Of a DNA stretch of 64,000 nucleotides, positions 59,143 to 64,000 are shown piece by piece. Each line of letters starts with the position of its first letter. The first letter of the stretch is position 1. Location: positions 34,981 to 98,980 of the forward strand of contig CAWHJL010000014.1 of NCBI GenBank assembly GCA_963829665.1. The letters are read 5' to 3'. The notes beneath the pieces were generated by a model. The model was not told the origin of the DNA and did not search any database. It worked only from the letters and a program-made list of their open reading frames with translations. The position numbers and the translations under genes are program-made. Origin of the DNA: an uncultured Alphaproteobacteria bacterium (GTDB lineage: Bacteria; Pseudomonadota; Alphaproteobacteria; Rhodobacterales; Rhodobacteraceae).

Positions 59143-59865
59143 ATGCCTTTGACAACGCCCTTCACTGAACTCGCCGCCGCGTTCCGCTTGTGCGAAGCGC
59201 AGTTGAAATCCGCGCTGGTCCATCAGGGATCGACGCGCCTGCACGCGGCACTCTTCCGCAAGTCGAGCGAGATCCTCGCCCGGATCGTGAACCATCCGCC
59301 ATCGAGTCAGGAAGAGCTCGACGAGATGCTGGATTTCTTCGCGCGGCGCCGCGTCGAGACGGTCACGGGGCCGGTCGAGGAGTTCGACCACGTCTCGGTC
59401 CTTCTCGGCATCGAGCGCGAGAGCCTGCCGCGCCTGCAATCGCCGATGTTCAGGCTGCGGCCGCACCCCGAGGAGTTGCCGGGCATCGCCGAGATCGACG
59501 ATCTGGCGCGCTTCGTGACGCGGAGCTCGGCGCGCCTCGCCGCCCTCGGCTGGGACAATCGCTTCCTCGCGGTGAGCGGTCCGGCGGCGGCCTTCTACCG
59601 CTCGAAACCCGGCAAGATGCTGGGCCAGCACGCGCTGGAAGTCGTCGGCTGCGGCCCCGAGCGCGACGAGGACAAGCGCCGCTTCGCGCTCGCGCTCAAG
59701 GGCGAGCCGCAGGACTACACCCAGGGCGCCACCGGCGCCGACGGCGTGACGCGGCTCCTCCGCACGCGTATCCGCCGCGTGCAGACCGCGAACGGGGTGC
59801 CCTACGCGGTCCTCTGGCTCCTTTCCGAGGAGAACGATCCCGACCGCGCCTCGGACGCGGCCTGA
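59143..59865 (+). CDS. hypothetical protein with a helical N-terminal region and a PAS-like C-terminal half
   Basis: High GC3 throughout. The C-terminal approx 110 aa (RFLAVSGPAAAFYRSKPGKMLGQHALEV...RRFALALKGEPQDYT...VPYAVLWLL) has a PAS-fold-like pattern. No output domain. Confidence 0.6.
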   Translation: MPLTTPFTELAAAFRLCEAQLKSALVHQGSTRLHAALFRKSSEILARIVNHPPSSQEELDEMLDFFARRRVETVTGPVEEFDHVSVLLGIERESLPRLQSPMFRLRPHPEELPGIAEIDDLARFVTRSSARLAALGWDNRFLAVSGPAAAFYRSKPGKMLGQHALEVVGCGPERDEDKRRFALALKGEPQDYTQGATGADGVTRLLRTRIRRVQTANGVPYAVLWLLSEENDPDRASDAA

Positions 59866-59868
59866 GGT

Positions 59869-60855
59869 TCAGACATCCGCCGGCAGGACCTGATCCGGTG
59901 GCCGATGCCCGTCGGCGAAGGTCTTGATGTTGATGATGACCTTCTCGCCCATCTCCGCCCGGCCCTCGACGGTCGCCGAGCCCATGTGAGGCAGGAGGAC
60001 GACGTTCGGCAAGCCGCGCAGCTTGGGGGTGATCTCCGTGCCATGCTCGAAGACGTCGAGCCCGGCGCCGGCGATCCTGCCCTGCTCGAGCGCCCGGGCG
60101 AGTGCGTTCTCGTCGATGACCTCCCCGCGGGAAGTGTTCACGATCACCGCGCTCTGCTTCATCAGCGCGATCCGCCGCGCGTTCATCAGGTGGAACGTCG
60201 CGGGCGTGTGCGGGCAGTTGACCGAGATCACGTCCATCCGCGCCACCATGTGGTCGAGGCTGTCGTGATAGGTCGCCCCCAGCGCCTCGGCGACCTGCGG
60301 GCGCACCGGCCGACGGTTGTGGTAGTGCACCTGCATGCCGAAGGCCGCCGCGCGCCGGGCCACCGCCTGCCCGATCCGCCCCATTCCGAGGATGCCGAGC
60401 CGCCGGCCGGCGATCCGGCCGCCGAGAAAGGCATTGGGCGACCATCCCGACCAGCTCCCGCCCTGCATCGTCGCCAGCCCTTCCGGAATGCGCCGGGTGA
60501 CGGCGAGCAGGAGCGCCATGGTCATGTCGGCGGTGTCGTCCACCGTCACCCCCGGCGTGTTTGCCACGAGGATGCCGCGCTGCCGGGCCGTTCCGACATC
60601 GATGTTGTCGACCCCCGAACCGTAATGGGCGATGAGCTTCAGCCGCGCGCCGGCGCGCGCCAGAAGGCTGGCATCGATCCGGTCGGTCACCGTCGGCACG
60701 AGGACATCGGCGCGACCTACCGCGTCGACCAGTTCCTCGCGGGTCATCGGAGCGTCGGTCTCGCGCAATTCCACGTCGAAGAGTTCGCTGAGGCGATCCT
60801 CCACGGGGGCGGGCAGGCGTCGCGTGACGACAACACTCAGGCGGTCAGCCGGCAT
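59869..60855 (-). CDS. D-isomer-specific 2-hydroxyacid dehydrogenase (glyoxylate/hydroxypyruvate reductase-like)
   Basis: Start at MPADRLSVVV. NAD motif GILGMGRIGQAVARR. RGEVIDE and HMGSAT catalytic motifs. Confidence 0.88.
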   Translation of the reverse strand: MPADRLSVVVTRRLPAPVEDRLSELFDVELRETDAPMTREELVDAVGRADVLVPTVTDRIDASLLARAGARLKLIAHYGSGVDNIDVGTARQRGILVANTPGVTVDDTADMTMALLLAVTRRIPEGLATMQGGSWSGWSPNAFLGGRIAGRRLGILGMGRIGQAVARRAAAFGMQVHYHNRRPVRPQVAEALGATYHDSLDHMVARMDVISVNCPHTPATFHLMNARRIALMKQSAVIVNTSRGEVIDENALARALEQGRIAGAGLDVFEHGTEITPKLRGLPNVVLLPHMGSATVEGRAEMGEKVIINIKTFADGHRPPDQVLPADV

Positions 60856-60986
60856 CGGGTCCTCCTCGGCAATTTCCTTCCGGCACGGTTTGGCGCAAAG
60901 TGGCCGGGATCGGGATGCGGCACAAGCCGTCCCCGGCAAGGCCCGCAAAGACGGGCCGCATGGGCAGAGGCGATCCGGACGGGCAG

Positions 60987-61490
60987 ATGACCTTGCGTGC
61001 GTTCTTTCTGGGGCTGATCGGCGCCCTGTTCCTGGCCGGTGCCGCGCCGGCGGCGGATGTGGCACGGGGTCCGGTGACCAACCTGCCGCTGCCGCGATTC
61101 GTCTCGCTGAAGGCGGCCAAGGCCAATGTCCGCCGCGGCCCCTCCCTCGGACACCGGATCGACTGGGTCTATCGCCGCAAGGACCTCCCGCTCAGGGTCG
61201 TGGCCGAACACGGCCACTGGCGACGGGTCGAGGACCCGGACGGGCAGGGGGGATGGATCCACTATGCGCTCCTGTCCGGCGTCCGGACCGCCCTCGTCGA
61301 GACGAAGGAGGCGGAGTGGCACCTGAAGCCGGGCGCCGAGACGCCGGTGATGGTAGTGGCGAAGCGCGGCGTCGTCGCGCAGATCGACGAATGCCGGCCG
61401 CGCTGGTGCCGGCTCAGCGCGGACGGATATCGCGGCTGGGCCGAGAAATCCGAGCTCTGGGGCGTGGGGCCGGAGGAGGTCATAGAGTAG
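60987..61490 (+). CDS. secreted bacterial SH3-like (DUF1058) domain protein
   Basis: Signal peptide MTLRAFFLGLIGALFLAGAAPA. LPLPRFVSLKAAKANVRRGP...HWRRVEDPDGQGGWIH; the second SH3-like half ends GWAEKSELWGV. Confidence 0.75.
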   Translation: MTLRAFFLGLIGALFLAGAAPAADVARGPVTNLPLPRFVSLKAAKANVRRGPSLGHRIDWVYRRKDLPLRVVAEHGHWRRVEDPDGQGGWIHYALLSGVRTALVETKEAEWHLKPGAETPVMVVAKRGVVAQIDECRPRWCRLSADGYRGWAEKSELWGVGPEEVIE

Positions 61491-61498
61491 CGCTGGTC

Positions 61499-63199
61499 TC
61501 AACTGGCCGGGCCGAGCAGCCGGCGCGCGATCACCTGGGCCTGGATCTCCGCCGCGCCCTCGAAGATGTTGAGGATGCGCGCGTCGCAGAGGACGCGGCT
61601 GATCGGGTATTCCATCGCGAATCCGTTGCCGCCGTGGATCTGCAGCCCGTTATCGGCCGCCGCCCAGGCAATGCGTGCCCCGAGCAGCTTCGCCATGCCC
61701 GCTTCCAGGTCGCAGCGCCGGCCGCGATCCTTCTGCGCCGCGGAAAAGTAGGTGAGCTGCCGCGCCACCATGATCTCGACCGCCATCATCGCGAGCTTGC
61801 CTGAGACCCGCGGGAACTCGATCAGCGCGCGGCCGAACTGCTTGCGATCCTGGGCATAGCGCAGGCTTGCGTCGAGCGCCGATTGCGCCACGCCGACGGC
61901 GCGCGCTGCGGTTTGGATCCGCGCCGATTCGAAGGTCTCCATGAGCTGCTTGAAGCCGCGCCCCTCCTCACCGCCGAGCAGGTTCTCGCCCTTGACCGCG
62001 AAGCCGTCGAAGCCGAGCTCGTATTCCTTCATTCCGCGGTAGCCGAGGACCGCGATCTCGCCGCCGGACAGACCCGCGTCGGGGAACGGCTCCGCCTCGG
62101 TGCCGGGGGTCTTCTCGGCCAGGAACATCGACAGGCCGGAATAGTTCGTGGTCTCAGGATCGGTCCGCGCCAGAAGCGTCATCACGTGGGTGCGCGCCGC
62201 GTGGGTGATCCAGGTCTTGTTGCCGGTGATCCGCCAGTCCTCGCCGTCCCGCACGGCGCGTGTCCGCAGCGACCCGAGATCGGATCCGGTGTTCGGCTCG
62301 GTGAAGACGGCCGTGGGAAGGATTTCCCCGCTCGCGATTCCGGGCAGCCACGTGGTCTTTTGCGCCTCGGTGCCGCCGCAGAGGATCAGTTCCGCCGCGA
62401 TCTCCGACCGGGTTCCGAGGGACCCCACGCCGATATAGCCGCGCGAGAGTTCCTCCGAAACCACGCACATCGAGGCTTTCGACAGACCGAACCCGCCATA
62501 TTCCTCCGGGATCGTCAGTCCGAAGACGCCGAGTTCCGCCATCTCGCCGATCACGTCCATCGGGATCAGCTCATCCTTCAGGTGCCAGTCATGGGCATGC
62601 GGCTCGACCCGCTCGACCGCGAAACGTCGGAATTGTTCCCGGATCATCTCGAGCTCGTCGTCGAGACCGGTGCGCCCGACCGTGATCTCCGCGGAACGCT
62701 CCCGCATCAGCGTCACCAGTCGCGCCCGGGCGGAGGGATTGTTGCCCTGCTCCATCAGCAGCCGCGTGTCGTCCGTCACGAAGCCCGCGCGATCCTCCTC
62801 CGTCAGGCCCAGATCGTGCGGGCGGAGGATCTCGCCCTGACTCATCGGGATGCCGCCGGCGATCTGGCCCAGATATTCCCCGAAGGCGATCTGCAGCAAA
62901 AGCTCCTCGATCTCGCCGAAGCAGCCCGCCTGCTGCAGCCTCTCCGCCCAGGACTGCATCTGCCGCAGCGCCTCGACATAGGTGGCGAGCCAGGCCAGAC
63001 CGTGCGCCGCCACCTGGTTCTCCTCGACCGCCTGCGCCGAGACGCGGCCGTCGGGCGCCAACGCGGCGCGCAAGCGCGCGGTCGCCTTCTCCTGAAGCGC
63101 CTCGGCGGCCGGAACGCACCGCGCCGTCGCGGCCGGCAGGTCTGTCAGGACCCCGGTGCGGGGGGCGGCGAGCGTCGCGTCCTGTCCGTCGTGGGGCAT
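61499..63199 (-). CDS. mcd: acyl-CoA dehydrogenase with an N-terminal extension of about 170 aa; (2S)-methylsuccinyl-CoA dehydrogenase (Mcd)-like architecture
   Basis: ACAD core (TEPNTGSDLGSLRTRA..., GNKTWITHA, QIHGGNGFAMEYPISR, IFEGAAEIQ) preceded by a long helical extension, as described for ethylmalonyl-CoA pathway Mcd. The ACAD call is high confidence; the Mcd assignment is moderate. Confidence 0.8.
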   Translation of the reverse strand: MPHDGQDATLAAPRTGVLTDLPAATARCVPAAEALQEKATARLRAALAPDGRVSAQAVEENQVAAHGLAWLATYVEALRQMQSWAERLQQAGCFGEIEELLLQIAFGEYLGQIAGGIPMSQGEILRPHDLGLTEEDRAGFVTDDTRLLMEQGNNPSARARLVTLMRERSAEITVGRTGLDDELEMIREQFRRFAVERVEPHAHDWHLKDELIPMDVIGEMAELGVFGLTIPEEYGGFGLSKASMCVVSEELSRGYIGVGSLGTRSEIAAELILCGGTEAQKTTWLPGIASGEILPTAVFTEPNTGSDLGSLRTRAVRDGEDWRITGNKTWITHAARTHVMTLLARTDPETTNYSGLSMFLAEKTPGTEAEPFPDAGLSGGEIAVLGYRGMKEYELGFDGFAVKGENLLGGEEGRGFKQLMETFESARIQTAARAVGVAQSALDASLRYAQDRKQFGRALIEFPRVSGKLAMMAVEIMVARQLTYFSAAQKDRGRRCDLEAGMAKLLGARIAWAAADNGLQIHGGNGFAMEYPISRVLCDARILNIFEGAAEIQAQVIARRLLGPAS

Positions 63200-63346
63200 C
63201 GGGCCCTCCTTCGCTGCATCTGCGAAGGCGACCTATCGCGACCCAATCTCCCGCGCAAGAAGATTTCCAAAAGATGCCCCGGAATGTACGAAAATGGCGC
63301 GCCGATTCGGCGTGCGGTGTTCGCCGCGCTGCGGTAAGCCGCCGCA

Positions 63347-64000
63347 ATGGGCCTCGACATCCTCTCTCCCGCGTTGCTCGCCTTCGCCCTCGGCGTGACG
63401 CTTCTCGCGGGCTTCGTGAAGGGCACGGTCGGCTTCGCCATGCCGCTCATCATGCTGTCGGGCATGTCGATCCTGATCGACCCGGTGATCGCGATCGCCG
63501 GTCTGATCGTGCCGACCTTCGCCTCGAATCTCCTGCTCATCGCCCGCGCCGGACGGCGCGAGTCGCTGGAGGCGGTTCGGGATTTCTGGCGCTACATCCT
63601 GGCCGCCTGCGCGATGATCTTCGTGGCGACGCAGTTCCTCGTCATGATCTCGCCGCGTACCGTCTATCTCGTGGTCGGCATCCCGGTCCTGGCGATGTCG
63701 GCGATCCAGCTGCTCGGCGCGCGTTTCGCGGTCCGCCCCGAGCGCCGCCCGGTCAGCGACATCCTGGTGGGCGCCGTGGCGGGCGCCGTCGGCGGCATCT
63801 CGGGAAGCTGGGGACCGCCGACGGTGCTCTATCTGCTGGCTCTCGACATCCGGCAGGAGCGTCAGCTCAGCGTCCAGGGCGTGGTCTATTTCCTCGGTTC
63901 GACCATGCTGATCGTCGGCCACCTGACCTCCGGCGTCCTGAACCGGCAGACGATCCCGCTCTCGCTCCTGCTGCTCTTCCCGGCGGCGGCGGGAATGGCG
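63347..64000 (+). CDS. TauE/SafE-family sulfite/anion exporter, 3' end outside the window
   Basis: Not in the ORF track because it has no stop in the window. ATG at 63347. MGLDILSPALLAFALGVTLLAGFVKGTVGFAMPLIM..., GGISGSWGPP. Open to base 64000. Confidence 0.8.
   Translation, partial: MGLDILSPALLAFALGVTLLAGFVKGTVGFAMPLIMLSGMSILIDPVIAIAGLIVPTFASNLLLIARAGRRESLEAVRDFWRYILAACAMIFVATQFLVMISPRTVYLVVGIPVLAMSAIQLLGARFAVRPERRPVSDILVGAVAGAVGGISGSWGPPTVLYLLALDIRQERQLSVQGVVYFLGSTMLIVGHLTSGVLNRQTIPLSLLLLFPAAAGMA

Overview
This is high-GC (roughly two-thirds G+C by eye) chromosomal DNA. Gene content and protein signatures look alphaproteobacterial and probably Rhodobacterales-like: a family II Mn-pyrophosphatase, a CIRCE-controlled groESL, an hsp20-DUF1150 pair, a DUF1285/MoxR/DUF58 cluster and an Mcd-like acyl-CoA dehydrogenase. 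I can support about 62 protein-coding genes, tightly packed on both strands. Nearly all are core metabolism or housekeeping: pnp, prs, groESL, purEK, ribF, panBC, hisC, rpsD, glcDEF, cytochrome bd oxidase, gabD and a propionyl/acetyl-CoA synthetase. The rest are transporters (SSS, MFS, two EamA, two CDF, NhaC, TauE). I see no rRNA, tRNA, CRISPR array, transposase, integrase, phage gene or recognisable defence gene, and no compositional island. I therefore do not find convincing evidence for a novel multi-gene system in this window. The items most worth a second look are: (1) the conserved but mechanistically unexplained DUF1285 / MoxR-DUF58-BatA_N/DUF4159-membrane protein cluster; (2) a sigma-32-type promoter plus a ROSE-like U(C)GCU/AGGA bulged-G hairpin in front of hsp20-DUF1150; (3) an SDR gene broken by three frameshifts while every neighbour is intact; (4) several sharp non-coding sequence features, namely four tandem 11-bp repeats abutting the rluE start, an 18-bp perfect palindrome upstream of an MFS sugar transporter, and an 11-bp-arm inverted repeat upstream of an orphan PAS-like protein; (5) a 404-bp apparently decayed stretch that begins with an ATGA-coupled start after the DUF599 gene. 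The many very long ORFs in the track that lie antisense to real genes are high-GC shadow ORFs and were rejected. All protein family calls come from reading motifs in the supplied translations. No database search was run.
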